64,000 nucleotides of DNA from Candidatus Thorarchaeota archaeon (GTDB lineage: Archaea > Asgardarchaeota > Thorarchaeia > Thorarchaeales > Thorarchaeaceae), in assembly GCA_003345545.1 (NCBI GenBank), contig PRDH01000044.1, positions 64,001 through 128,000 on the forward strand, read 5' to 3'. Numbering within the stretch: position 1 is the first letter of the stretch; every line of letters begins with the position of its first letter. The notes beneath the pieces were generated by a model. The model saw only the letters and a program-made list of their open reading frames with translations, ran no database searches and was not told the DNA's origin. A program made the position numbers and the translations under genes. Positions 48,125 through 58,597 of this stretch are shown piece after piece.

Positions 48125-49075
48125 TCAGAGATAGATCACAAAGAGCGGGATTATGACAAAGGCAATCAGACCAACGAGTGCCCCTACTTTGTCAAGAGTG
48201 CTGGCGAGTATCAGGCGCTTTCTATTCGCAGGACCTGTCAGTGGTAGGACTCCTGCGGCCATAACGATACTGTCACCTAAAAACAACAGCGGCCAGAGGG
48301 TAATGTCTGCATATCCCCATATCCAGATGAGTGTATAACTGAGGACCCCGAGGAAGTTAAGCACTCCTGCTACAACGGCAGCAGGCAAATAGCCATAGAC
48401 TCTAGCTATTGTTCGGACGTTACGAACATTATCACCTTCGACATCCTCCGCTCCTTTGATGGTTTCCCGAGCCTGCAGGATCAGAAATGCGGTGAAGAAG
48501 AACAGCCATGCTGGTATTGGAATCGGATTGACGGTGAGCGTCCCAAGTACCTCTGCATATGCAACAGACCCGTAGATCACGCCGAAGGCGAATGAGAAAG
48601 CCACCATGAAGTTGCCGGCTATTCCCAGAATCTTCACTTTGGCAGCATAGGTATACCCAATGATCTCGAAACAGAGTACGATGACCGCACTAATGGGGCG
48701 ACTTGGCAACCATGCAAAGACAACACCAAGGATGCTGAGCAGAGCAACAAACCTCCACGCCTGCCGAACAGTAAGTCGACCACTGGGTAGTGCTCTATGA
48801 GGTCTATTGATCTTGTCAACCTCGATATCGTAGATGTCGTTTACTACATTGCCTCCAGCTGCCACAACGAAATATGTAATGTATCCATAGACGAAGAGGT
48901 GTAGGAGAGAGGAAAGTCCAGGGCCCATGTTTCCCCATTGCGTACTATATGCTATGGCAATCCCAGCAATGACAGTGAGTCCACCGATAATGCAATTCTG
49001 CGGTCGAATAATCGACACAAAGGCGCCAAGGTCAATTCCGCGGGATTGTTCAGTTTCTGCCATTCTACTCTCCAT
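48125..49075 (-). CDS. Digeranylgeranylglyceryl phosphate synthase (UbiA family)
   Basis: IRPQNC, NDIYDIEVDKINRPHRALPSG, REtIKgAEDVEGD. Confidence 0.9.
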   Translation of the reverse strand: MESRMAETEQSRGIDLGAFVSIIRPQNCIIGGLTVIAGIAIAYSTQWGNMGPGLSSLLHLFVYGYITYFVVAAGGNVVNDIYDIEVDKINRPHRALPSGRLTVRQAWRFVALLSILGVVFAWLPSRPISAVIVLCFEIIGYTYAAKVKILGIAGNFMVAFSFAFGVIYGSVAYAEVLGTLTVNPIPIPAWLFFFTAFLILQARETIKGAEDVEGDNVRNVRTIARVYGYLPAAVVAGVLNFLGVLSYTLIWIWGYADITLWPLLFLGDSIVMAAGVLPLTGPANRKRLILASTLDKVGALVGLIAFVIIPLFVIYL

Positions 49076-49182
49076 CCAGTATCTATGACGGACGATGGTG
49101 CAGATTAAAGACTTGTGGGCAGTTGTATAAAGACCAAATCACTGATATTCTGGGCTGGAGTTCTGATAGGAGAAGATTCACG

Positions 49183-49329
49183 ATGACTCGAAACTTACCG
49201 AGAGGCCAACTGCTCAAGTTGATCTGTATCTATACAAGGACTTGGCCGGCCATGGACTGTGCCTATCTCGTGGCTCTTGAGAAGAAGTATGGAATAGATG
49301 TCGCCATTGAAATGGACAAGGAGGAATGA
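49183..49329 (+). pseudogene. Probable truncated gene remnant (DUF6125-like N-terminus)
   Basis: RTWPAMDCAYLVALEKKYGIDVAIEMDKEE then stop; only about 48 codons. Confidence 0.4.
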
Positions 49330-50182
49330 TGTCCTGCAAAAAGCTCTCTTTGGACCTGCAGGCTATCCTGACACCGCGCGGGGAAGCCTGAAGAGAGTCT
49401 TCAAGATACTTGTGGATGCAGGAGCAACCGCCTTGGAATATGCGGCAGTCTACGGATTGCAGGCATCGGAAGGCAAGGCAAAACAAATCGGCGACCTTGC
49501 CCGACAGAGCGGAATCATGATGAGTATGCACGAAGCATATTATATCAATTTCGCATCCAAGGACCCCAAAATACGGGAGAAATCAAGACAGCGGTTAATC
49601 CATGCCCTCAGGTTCTCACCGTTGATGAGTGTGAAACGAATTGTGTTTCATCCTGGCACACAGGGCGGCATGATCCCGGCAGAGGCACATATCGTTGTGA
49701 GGGATGCCTTGAGAAGTGTCTGGGAAGAAGCTGGACGACGAGGTAGAGGAGCATTTCTGGCACCCGAAATAGCCGGCAAGATAGTCATGTACGGTTCGGT
49801 CGACCAGATCATAGCACTCTGCCACGATGTGGAAGGGTGCATTCCTACGATTGACTGGGCGCACCTGTACGCACGAAGCCAGGGCAAGATAAACGATAGA
49901 GAGAGCTATCTGAAGATTCTGGCGCAGTTCGAGAACGCACTTGGTAGTCTGTTTGTGGACAATATGCACTTTCACATTAGCGGAATCACATTCACTGAGA
50001 AGGGAGAGGTATCTCATCAACCATGCGGCGAAGAGTGGGGCCCTGACCTCCACCCGATGATGGAGATCGTGCACGAGCTTGGTTACAAGCCTACTTTCAT
50101 ATGCGAATCGCCAAATCCTCTTCAAGGAGCTTTGTTTGCCAAGTTCTTATTCGAACAGATAGAGATGGGAAGAAATGAATGA
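49298..50182 (+). CDS. nfo: Endonuclease IV (AP endonuclease family 2)
   Basis: FGPAG, SMH..YYIN, VFHPG, PE.AGK...GS, IDWAHLYAR, HFHISGI, ICESP; start uncertain. Confidence 0.88.
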   Translation: MSPLKWTRRNDVLQKALFGPAGYPDTARGSLKRVFKILVDAGATALEYAAVYGLQASEGKAKQIGDLARQSGIMMSMHEAYYINFASKDPKIREKSRQRLIHALRFSPLMSVKRIVFHPGTQGGMIPAEAHIVVRDALRSVWEEAGRRGRGAFLAPEIAGKIVMYGSVDQIIALCHDVEGCIPTIDWAHLYARSQGKINDRESYLKILAQFENALGSLFVDNMHFHISGITFTEKGEVSHQPCGEEWGPDLHPMMEIVHELGYKPTFICESPNPLQGALFAKFLFEQIEMGRNE

Positions 50183-51515
50183 ATATGCCTTCGTACTGGG
50201 CTCGAACTGGTTGCTCAGCATAGCAGAACTCCTGGCACACGTACAGGACAGAGGCCTTGGAGTCACCCTCGTAGATCACTCGAGGCATATCGCTATCCTA
50301 GATGTGAAGGAGAAACTAGACAACAACCAAATCGTCGATATCCAGAGTTCACTAGGAGGGTGCTACAAGACTGGTCGAGTAATCTATAGATACGATATTG
50401 ATGTTGTTAGGAACGCGTTTCCCGTTGATGGCAAACTCACAAAGGAAGACCGTGATGAACTCATAAAGATGCCATGGCTCCCCAGGGTGTGGCAGAATCC
50501 GAGGGCGAAGAAGATCAAGTTTGGAGTAAGCACATATCCTGAGTTCGATGGCAGGTCTGCCATTCAGTACAGAAGATTCACGCGAACGATGGATGAACAA
50601 ATCAAGAGTGCCCTGATCGAAAAAGGAGCAAGGAAGGTCGATTATTTTGCCTATGACAAACCAGACAAGCGAGTGACCGAGAGAATGAACCTCGCACTCT
50701 GGCCAAAGTCAATTGCTGAGAACAATCTTCTCTTTCCCCCGAACAGCGAGATTCTTGCGGCATTCACCGCGAAGTACCTGTACTTTGCCAGAACGCTTGT
50801 CGTCTACGATTCTGCTCTCCAACAATATCGCGATGAATCACGACCATACATATCTTCTGAGATAAGTACAAGTCCAAAGATCTGCAGAACTCTGTTGAAC
50901 CTGGCAGGAGCAAGACCAGGAGATACTGTACTTGACCCGTTCTGCGGAACAGGCACACTTCTCATGGAAGCTGCCATGCTTGGAATGAAGGTCATAGGTG
51001 TAGACATTGAAAGTAACCAGGTCCAAGGCACAAAATCGAACCTAATCTGGTTCGGAAAGGACGCTGGGCAGCGAGTGGATTTTGAGGTAATTCGAGGAGA
51101 CGCTAGAGAGCTCTCAAAGCTCGTAAAGAAACGAGTTGATGCGATTGCATTCGAGCCTAGTCTAGGTCCAATCTACTCGAAGCCGCCTAAGAGAGGCGAT
51201 GTAGAGGCCAGCGTAAGAGAACTGACGGAGTTGTATCGTACAGTGCTGACCCAGGCCGCAGAGATATTACATCCAGAAGGCCGTGTTGCCATGACCATTC
51301 CTGTCATTGTCACAGACGGGGGTACGACTTCGATAGAGGTCAGAGAGATGCTCAAAGGAACAGGATTCGAAGTCTATAAGCTACTTCCTTCGGGGTTGAT
51401 TCAGAGCAGAAGTGAGGGTGACAAGAGACTGCGAATCAATCCAGATAGAGACCTTCTTCCAGAGCGTAAGAGAGGGCAGTTCGTTCAACGAGCTCTCATT
51501 GCACTAACGAAGTAA
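50175..51515 (+). CDS. Trm11/TrmG10-like SAM-dependent tRNA methyltransferase
   Basis: RP.....STSPKICRTLLNLA, VLDPFCGTGTLLMEA, GDAR, EP.LG. Confidence 0.82.
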   Translation: MNEYAFVLGSNWLLSIAELLAHVQDRGLGVTLVDHSRHIAILDVKEKLDNNQIVDIQSSLGGCYKTGRVIYRYDIDVVRNAFPVDGKLTKEDRDELIKMPWLPRVWQNPRAKKIKFGVSTYPEFDGRSAIQYRRFTRTMDEQIKSALIEKGARKVDYFAYDKPDKRVTERMNLALWPKSIAENNLLFPPNSEILAAFTAKYLYFARTLVVYDSALQQYRDESRPYISSEISTSPKICRTLLNLAGARPGDTVLDPFCGTGTLLMEAAMLGMKVIGVDIESNQVQGTKSNLIWFGKDAGQRVDFEVIRGDARELSKLVKKRVDAIAFEPSLGPIYSKPPKRGDVEASVRELTELYRTVLTQAAEILHPEGRVAMTIPVIVTDGGTTSIEVREMLKGTGFEVYKLLPSGLIQSRSEGDKRLRINPDRDLLPERKRGQFVQRALIALTK

Positions 51516-52352
51516 TCAGAACAGATAGCGAACAACGTCATCAAGGATGGCATAGGTTTCCAGTCTTTGAATGTCCCCCTTGACATATGGCATGACATCA
51601 TCAAAGATCATGTTTCGATACTCCTTAGGTGCGACAGTCTCCTGTGTCACTTTCCCTAGCAATCGCAGCAGTTCTTCCAAGGCGTCCCTCAAATGCTGAT
51701 AGGACACATCATAGACATCAATCTGAAGGACTTCAATACCCGCAGTATCAATAGGCACAGAGCTGAGGAAAGGATATTGACTGAGAAGGTGTTCAACGTG
51801 TTCGGTCATTTTGGCAACAATCTGACTCTTCTTGGCTTTGGTCGCCTTCACCTGCATGACGCCTCTGAAGAGATGACTATAGACCTCAAGGCAGTCCATT
51901 GATTTACCAGCGACCAAGCTCTCATCTGTTTCTTCATACTGTGTAACAAGCACATCCACCCAGTCACCGAAGCCCTTGAAAGTATTGCGAGTTCCAGGCC
52001 AATTCTTCAATAGTGTAGCGACATCACTACCAGGAGGCACAACATTTGTCATGAATTCCTTCAGAGCATACTCCAGCATGAAGCGCATGTGTCCAAGCCG
52101 GGCGGCCTTGCTCACGACCATAACGAACAGAAGATAGTCGTTCGCCTCCCAGACATACCGGTTGGTTTCCGTGTCGATTGTCTTGAGGGTCTCGTTAGAT
52201 GCCTTATCGATGAAGGTGTGGGTTGCAGAGAGAAAGGGGGCTATCAGATCCATATCTAGTTTCACAGCATCAGAATAGGCCTTGGCAACAATATTCCTGC
52301 CACTACCTCGCTCGATCACCCAGACTCCTAGAATGGACTTCTTGCTGGACAT
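51516..52352 (-). CDS. Longin-domain protein with helical C-terminal domain
   Basis: ILGVWVI..GSG..IV...Y....DLIAPFLSA..TF...LKTI.....YVW....LLFVMVV (beta-beta-alpha-beta-beta-beta-alpha-alpha); start at MSSKKS. Confidence 0.72.
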   Translation of the reverse strand: MSSKKSILGVWVIERGSGRNIVAKAYSDAVKLDMDLIAPFLSATHTFIDKASNETLKTIDTETNRYVWEANDYLLFVMVVSKAARLGHMRFMLEYALKEFMTNVVPPGSDVATLLKNWPGTRNTFKGFGDWVDVLVTQYEETDESLVAGKSMDCLEVYSHLFRGVMQVKATKAKKSQIVAKMTEHVEHLLSQYPFLSSVPIDTAGIEVLQIDVYDVSYQHLRDALEELLRLLGKVTQETVAPKEYRNMIFDDVMPYVKGDIQRLETYAILDDVVRYLF

Positions 52353-52470
52353 AGCATCATCTCTTGGGAGTATTGTTGAAATGAAGTATGATAAGCCTAT
52401 ATGTGACAGGAGGCATACACGAGAAGACGTACCTAGAAGAGAAGGCAAGACTTGCGTCCTGCCCCTTCAT

Positions 52471-53433
52471 TCACGTTGTGGATATGCCTAGCTTCTCTAC
52501 CATTTCCTTGTAGCGGTTCCTTACTGTCACCTCGGTGACCCTAGCAGTCCGTGCAATCTCCAGTTGTGTTCTTCGTGCACCTGTGAGTATGCTCGCAACG
52601 TAGATTGCTGCAGCAGCCATTCCCTTGGGATCTTTTCCGATGGTGAGCCGTTGTTCCCTTGCAAGGTTCAAGATGTCTATCGCCTTCTTCTTAGCTTCCC
52701 CTGGAAGATCCAGTTCGGTCCCGAATCGATGTACAAACTCGATTGGATTACTGAATGGTATCTTCAGGTTCAGATGGCGAATAATCAGACGAACACAGAG
52801 ACTCAGCTCCTTGCGGGTGATATGTATCTGATCACAGACCTCCTCCAGCGGGCGAGGAACTTGATGTACTCGACAGGCTAGATATAGAGAGGCTGCTATC
52901 ATCCCGAGAATAGTACGGCCCCGAGTCAGTCTCTTGCGAAGGGCCTTTCTGTAGATTACAGCAGCAGTCTCCCGAATCGAGTACGGGATACTCAACTGGG
53001 AACTTATCCTATGGAGTTCGGTCATTGCGACGGCAAGATTGCGTTTGTCTGAGGAGTGTACCTTGGTGCGTATCTGCCACTTGCGGAGGCGATGTATCTG
53101 CGCTCTCCGAGTAGAAGTCAGCTTTCTTCCTGATGCGTCGACATTCTGATTGCCAATTATCGTGGTAAGACCCTGATCGAATTTGCTCCAGTCTGTCGGA
53201 CCTCCTACACGCTGTCGAGAGTTTTGCTCGTCAGCAGTGAAGGCACGCCACTCTGGACCCACATCAATTGAGTGGTCAGATAGAACGAGTCCGCAATTGC
53301 AGCAGATGACCTCACCACGAGTGTGGTCAATGTAGACTTCAATACAAGAACAAGCAGAACAACAATAGCTGGCCGCACCAATATGCTCCTTAGTTTGTTT
53401 TGTCCGAGTTTGTTTACTGGCCAGTCCAATCAT
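52471..53433 (-). CDS. tfb: Transcription initiation factor IIB
   Basis: Zn ribbon, GPEWRAF, two cyclin repeats, GKDPKGMAAA, VTEVTVRNRYKE. Confidence 0.96.
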   Translation of the reverse strand: MIGLASKQTRTKQTKEHIGAASYCCSACSCIEVYIDHTRGEVICCNCGLVLSDHSIDVGPEWRAFTADEQNSRQRVGGPTDWSKFDQGLTTIIGNQNVDASGRKLTSTRRAQIHRLRKWQIRTKVHSSDKRNLAVAMTELHRISSQLSIPYSIRETAAVIYRKALRKRLTRGRTILGMIAASLYLACRVHQVPRPLEEVCDQIHITRKELSLCVRLIIRHLNLKIPFSNPIEFVHRFGTELDLPGEAKKKAIDILNLAREQRLTIGKDPKGMAAAAIYVASILTGARRTQLEIARTARVTEVTVRNRYKEMVEKLGISTT

Positions 53434-53820
53434 CTCCGTACAGGCCCACCGAATGATGGCCCTGCGGTTCGAGCTATCAGTGTTTCATATGCATGTAGTC
53501 TCTCAGGCGCATGAGGGACTACTTCGGGCACGGCTGTGGACAACTGTCCCCGAGAGGACAAGTAGCCTTGCGCAGATAACAAATGATTATAAACCCTTTG
53601 CACTTTTATCAAACAAATCGTTGTATATACCAAGAATCATGCGTTTCTGTGCCACTTGGAAGATTGAAAGCATTCAATTCGAAGTATCCTCTTGGTTGAT
53701 TTCGAACATTCTGCCTGTAACTCACGAGCCAAACTGAAAGGTAGTAGTTCTGATTCTGCTCATGCGCTTACTTTATGAAGATAAACAGGTGAGAGTGTAT
53801 CATCAGAGAAGCGGACCACT

Positions 53821-55731
53821 ATGAGCAGGAGAAAGCAAGTCAATCCATGGGATCATGCAAGACAGGTAGTAGTGAGCATTCTGTCTAAGGCGTCAGCAGC
53901 AGATCCTGAGGTTGTCAACAGCTCTATCGAGATCCCTCCTGATCCGACTCTTGGAGACGTAGCATCCACGATTGCATTTGCTCTCGCGAGGGAACGAAAG
54001 AAGAATCCGGCAGCGATTGCTGCGGATCTGCTTCCAAGACTGAGAGAGCTTGTTAGTGCTGAGCCTCTTGTCAAGTCAGTGGAAGCAAAGGGGCCCTACA
54101 TCAATATCCTTCTCGACAGAGGTGCCTTCTCTAAAACGACGATCATGTCAGTTTCTGAAAGTGGTGATGACTATGGAAACAGTGCCGAGTTCGACGGGAA
54201 GAGAGCTCTGATTGAATTTCCTGCTGTGAATCCGTCAAAACCTTGGCATATAGGGCACACCAGAAACGCGGTCTTGGGCGACACGCTCTCGAATATCCTC
54301 GAGCGTGTCGGCTATGATGTCGTGCGCCTTGATTATATTAATGATCTGGGGCTGCAAATCGCTCAGCTTCTCTGGAAACTGAAGAATGTGGGCAATCAAG
54401 ACGTCAGGGAGAAGTATGATCACTATCTAGGACATCTCTATGTAGAGGTCCAGAAAACCTTTGAATCCTCTCAGGATGTAGAGAAGGAAGTCAGAGAGAT
54501 ATCAAGAAACCTTGAGAATCTCAAGAGTGATGATGCCAGACTCAGTGGAGTAATGGTAGAGAGATGCGTGAAGGCACAGTATGAAACGTCCTATAGACTA
54601 GGCATCTTCCATGACTACCAGGTATGGGAGAGCGCAATCGCGCACAGTGGCTTGCTGGACCAGGCCCGGGAAATGATAGTGCAGAGTAAGAATATCATGA
54701 AACTCGAGGAAGGAGATAAAGCTGGATGCATCGTCGCAGACCTCTCCGTGATTGATGAGTTCAAGGACATGAATGAGCCCTACAAGATCCTATTCCGCTC
54801 TGATGGTACGAGAACATATACGGGGGCAGATGTCGCGCTGCAGCTTTGGAAGTTCGGAATTATCGAAGATCCTTTCCGCTACTCGTTATTCGAAACGCAG
54901 CCTAACAAGGTGGACCTTCTTAGAACCTCGCTAAAAGGGAGGAGAGCAAAACTTGGTAAATTCGATATTGTGCTCAATGTAATCGCATCCAGACAAGCGC
55001 ATCCTCAGAAAATGGTCTACACTATTCTTGACCTCATGGGATACAAGAAGGAGAGCGAGAATTCTCATCATATAGCGTATGAGTTTGTGGGACTAGAGGG
55101 AGAAGACTTCTCGGGAAGGCAGGGTACATGGATTGGCTACTCAACAGACGACGTCTTGAGCAAGATGACAGAGTTGGCGGAAATAGAAGTCAACAAGCGC
55201 AATCCAGATGAAGGGGCAGAACTGAAAAAGAAGATAGCCAATCAGGTTGCCGTGGGTGCGATACGTTACTTCATGCTCAATGCCTCACCAGACAGGAAAA
55301 TCACCTTTCGATGGAACGAGGTGCTTGATTTTCAGGGAGACGCCGCACCCTATCTTCAGTACTCGCTAGCGAGAGCATACAGAATCATGGAGAAGGCAGA
55401 AACAGGGCGGATAGAAGAACGTGACTTCCGCGCGCTCACCTCTGAGGCCGAGTTTGAATTGGTGAAGGCAATCTCGAAGTTCCCAGAAGAGGTACTCGAC
55501 GTTGCGAGGTCATTGAAGAAGGATGTCTGGGGAACAAGTTTCGCTTCCAACAGACTTACTAGCTATGGATACGGGCTCGCCACTCTGTTCAGCAAATTCT
55601 ATGATTCATGCCCTGTGCTCAAAGCAGAGCCAGATATCAAAGAGGCCAGGCTTGCGCTTGTCAAGGCATTCATGGTCACCATGACCAACTGCCTTAATCT
55701 CCTGGGCATCCCGATAGTTGAACGCATGTGA
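53821..55731 (+). CDS. argS: Arginine--tRNA ligase
   Basis: NPSKPWHIGHTRNA, YINDLG, RSDGT..Y, PYLQY..AR, C-terminal ERM. Confidence 0.96.
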   Translation: MSRRKQVNPWDHARQVVVSILSKASAADPEVVNSSIEIPPDPTLGDVASTIAFALARERKKNPAAIAADLLPRLRELVSAEPLVKSVEAKGPYINILLDRGAFSKTTIMSVSESGDDYGNSAEFDGKRALIEFPAVNPSKPWHIGHTRNAVLGDTLSNILERVGYDVVRLDYINDLGLQIAQLLWKLKNVGNQDVREKYDHYLGHLYVEVQKTFESSQDVEKEVREISRNLENLKSDDARLSGVMVERCVKAQYETSYRLGIFHDYQVWESAIAHSGLLDQAREMIVQSKNIMKLEEGDKAGCIVADLSVIDEFKDMNEPYKILFRSDGTRTYTGADVALQLWKFGIIEDPFRYSLFETQPNKVDLLRTSLKGRRAKLGKFDIVLNVIASRQAHPQKMVYTILDLMGYKKESENSHHIAYEFVGLEGEDFSGRQGTWIGYSTDDVLSKMTELAEIEVNKRNPDEGAELKKKIANQVAVGAIRYFMLNASPDRKITFRWNEVLDFQGDAAPYLQYSLARAYRIMEKAETGRIEERDFRALTSEAEFELVKAISKFPEEVLDVARSLKKDVWGTSFASNRLTSYGYGLATLFSKFYDSCPVLKAEPDIKEARLALVKAFMVTMTNCLNLLGIPIVERM

Positions 55732-55732
55732 T

Positions 55733-57082
55733 TTATCCTGAAGTGATGGTTGCACCTTCGATAACGATAGAAGGTGTGACCATCGAGAAGGTCGTTCGAC
55801 TGTCACTTCCCACATGGCTTATCCGCCTCAAGAGATCACGCATATTGATTCCAATCAGAGTGTTCTTGAGCGCGTGCTGAATCTCGCCATTCTTGACGTA
55901 GTAGCCCTCACCAATCATGGCACTGAGGTCGCCAGTAGTCAGGTTGGGACTATCGCCAGTATTCCTGCATACCACGCCCTCATCAAGCTCTGAAATGAGT
56001 TCATTGAGGTCGCCCTTCCCTGGGGATACGATGAAGTTGGTCGTGGAGATGTCTGGCAGTCCAGAATAAGAGGGTCTACTGGCATTGCCAGTGTTGTCTA
56101 CATTTTCTTTGTTCGCAGTGTAGGAGTTGTGAAGGAGGCTCCTGAGGACACCAGCTTTGATGACTGAGGTCCGCTGCGATGGAAATCCTTCTGCATCAAA
56201 CGATCGTGTGCCAATCCCGCCTGGTAGCAGCCCATCGTCAACTATCTCTAGCTTTTCAGATGCAATGCCCTCGCCTAATGCATCTGTAATGTATGATCTG
56301 CCCATTTGGACCTCATCAGCGTTCACTGCATCGGCCAGCCCGCGTCCAAGAATGGCACTTGCTCCGAGCGGTGCAAACAAAACGGACATCTCTCCACCAT
56401 CGATTGTCTTGGGTCGCAAGAATCCTCTTGCAAGTTCTGCAGCGTTCGTACCAACCCATTCAGGGTTGATTTCATTCAACCTTCGTGAAACCTGATATTC
56501 ATAACTTGCAGTCTGATCCTTGCCATCCTTAATGATTGGGTATGTATAGATAGAGATACATGTTTTCCGCTCACTCTTGACTATGCCAAGAGAGTTTACA
56601 ATTGCATTGACGCCTGAGGAACTCTGCACTGCTGCCTCAATCGCATGGCTCCATTTGTCGAGTGACCCCTTGCATGCATCAATTGCTCGAATTAGGAGGC
56701 CTGTAGTCTCCTCCGAGGTGAGCTCATCGAGTTCCTTGTCGAATATACCTCTCGCCGAGTGATGGGATGACTCCGAATTCGGAAGAGTCACAAAGTCAGG
56801 ATCAGCGATGGATGCCCTTGCGAGGCTCATCGAGTTGGTAACGGCCTCCTCAATGTCTGAATCATTGAGCGTTGTCACATAGGCAAATCCTATCTTCTTG
56901 CCGACAATCGTCCGAATCCCTATGCCAGCATCTCTTGTTTCGCATGCGTTCTTGATTGAGTTGTTCTCAGCAGTAATTTCAAAAGATCTGCTCTGTGCCA
57001 GATAGGCTTCAGCTTGGCTGGCGCCCATTTTTTCAGCAAGCGTGATTGCTTTTTCACCAATCGCAAGCAGAGGACTGAGCAT
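55733..57082 (-). CDS. pmbA: PmbA/TldE family protein
   Basis: GIGIR...K.GFAY, FDAEG, TGNA, TGDLS; no HExxH. Confidence 0.88.
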   Translation of the reverse strand: MLSPLLAIGEKAITLAEKMGASQAEAYLAQSRSFEITAENNSIKNACETRDAGIGIRTIVGKKIGFAYVTTLNDSDIEEAVTNSMSLARASIADPDFVTLPNSESSHHSARGIFDKELDELTSEETTGLLIRAIDACKGSLDKWSHAIEAAVQSSSGVNAIVNSLGIVKSERKTCISIYTYPIIKDGKDQTASYEYQVSRRLNEINPEWVGTNAAELARGFLRPKTIDGGEMSVLFAPLGASAILGRGLADAVNADEVQMGRSYITDALGEGIASEKLEIVDDGLLPGGIGTRSFDAEGFPSQRTSVIKAGVLRSLLHNSYTANKENVDNTGNASRPSYSGLPDISTTNFIVSPGKGDLNELISELDEGVVCRNTGDSPNLTTGDLSAMIGEGYYVKNGEIQHALKNTLIGINMRDLLRRISHVGSDSRTTFSMVTPSIVIEGATITSG

Positions 57083-58468
57083 CTACATACCTCCTACAGG
57101 CACTTTCCTGATTCTTGCGTGAGGCCCGCCAGCCATTGTCGGTACTGCCTGACCTCCCTTGCTGCACGTTCCTGCATCAAGCAGGAAGTCTTTACAGACA
57201 GCATCCACTTTAGCAAGCACTTCCAGGATGTTACCCGCAAGGGACACATCTCTGACCATCTGACCTTTCTCACCATTCTCAATCACATAGCCGTAACTCG
57301 CTTGAAACATGAATTGCCCTTTTGCAGACTGTGTGTACCCATAGTTGGGACTACAGAGAATGATGCCATTCTTCGTGTCTTGGATGAGTTCATCGACCTG
57401 CCAGTCTCCAGTTTCCATGTAGGTGTTGCTCATCCTCGGTAGTGGCTCATGCATGAATGACTGGCTCCTAGCAGCACCATTTGGCTCCAAGTCGAGTCTT
57501 GTTGCGGTTTCGAGGCCATGAAGTAGCTCAGTCAGAATGCCATTCGTGACTAGATGCCTTCTTGTTGCTCTTGTCCCTTCCCAATCATACTCATAGGATC
57601 CTCGCATTCCCTCAAGAGTGGGATCATCCGTGATGCTCAGATTATCCGGTCCAACTTCGGTTCCAATCCTGTCTTCGAGTACAGTCGCATGTGCTGGCCA
57701 ATTGTCTGCCTCAACAGCATGGCCAAAGGCTTCATGGACCATCACGCCATTTAGAATGGGGTCCATCACAACATCGTAGACTCCCCCCTTGGCACACACA
57801 GAAGATAGCAGGTCAATCACGAGTTCCCCAGCAGCGGTCCCGATATTCTGCGCCTCACTGGCGCTCATGACTTCGTATCCACCTCGCAGACTCAACGACT
57901 TGAATGTACTTTGTCGGTTTATGCCATCTTTGGCTGTCGGGGCAGAGATGATACGTGGAATAGCGTTTTCAGTATAGATACTTGTACCGAGAGAATTAGC
58001 AACATAGAGCTCAGTCCAGAGGTCTGTATAAACAGTTCGCGTCGAAGAGATGCGCCTGTCGTAGTCCCGTGTCTGATCGTCAATCATCTTGGCGAATGCC
58101 ATCTTCTCATCAATAGAAATACTGCTGAAGGGTTTCCTCGCACTATAATGAAGACGGTCTTGAAATGATGGACCATCTATCGCGAATCGTTCAGTGGTCT
58201 TCTCTCTGGTTGCGAGAGCCATCTTTGCAACCGACCTGCCCATAGACCTCATACCATCTCCGGTCAGGTCAGTCGTCTGGGCAAATGCCCAGGCACCATC
58301 AACAAATGCTCGCATCCCTGCGCCCTTGATGCGGGATGATAATGACTGCTTGGAAACACCGTCATTGAGTTCTATGATTGTTGTTGCGCTGTTCTCTATT
58401 CTCACGTCTGAAAATCGGGCGCCGGTTTTTAGGGCAGATTCAATGGCAATCCGCGCAAGGTCTTCCAT
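57083..58468 (-). CDS. tldD: TldD family metalloprotease
   Basis: HEAFGHAVEAD, PRMSNTY, CSKGGQ. Confidence 0.92.
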   Translation of the reverse strand: MEDLARIAIESALKTGARFSDVRIENSATTIIELNDGVSKQSLSSRIKGAGMRAFVDGAWAFAQTTDLTGDGMRSMGRSVAKMALATREKTTERFAIDGPSFQDRLHYSARKPFSSISIDEKMAFAKMIDDQTRDYDRRISSTRTVYTDLWTELYVANSLGTSIYTENAIPRIISAPTAKDGINRQSTFKSLSLRGGYEVMSASEAQNIGTAAGELVIDLLSSVCAKGGVYDVVMDPILNGVMVHEAFGHAVEADNWPAHATVLEDRIGTEVGPDNLSITDDPTLEGMRGSYEYDWEGTRATRRHLVTNGILTELLHGLETATRLDLEPNGAARSQSFMHEPLPRMSNTYMETGDWQVDELIQDTKNGIILCSPNYGYTQSAKGQFMFQASYGYVIENGEKGQMVRDVSLAGNILEVLAKVDAVCKDFLLDAGTCSKGGQAVPTMAGGPHARIRKVPVGGM

Positions 58469-58597
58469 AGGTATCTCTTTTGCTCAATCTGAGCGTTTCA
58501 CTGCGTGTTTTAACTTCTCTGGCATGGACAATGGCTTGCATGGTCTGGCGGGATTTCGGGAATGTTGCTTGAGTAATACACACGTCTTTCTTAGGTA

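Noticed and set aside
53434-53820. Long tfb/argS spacer as a possible ncRNA or small ORF
   Set aside because: No convincing structure or coding signal; compatible with divergent promoters (TTATAAA near 53588)
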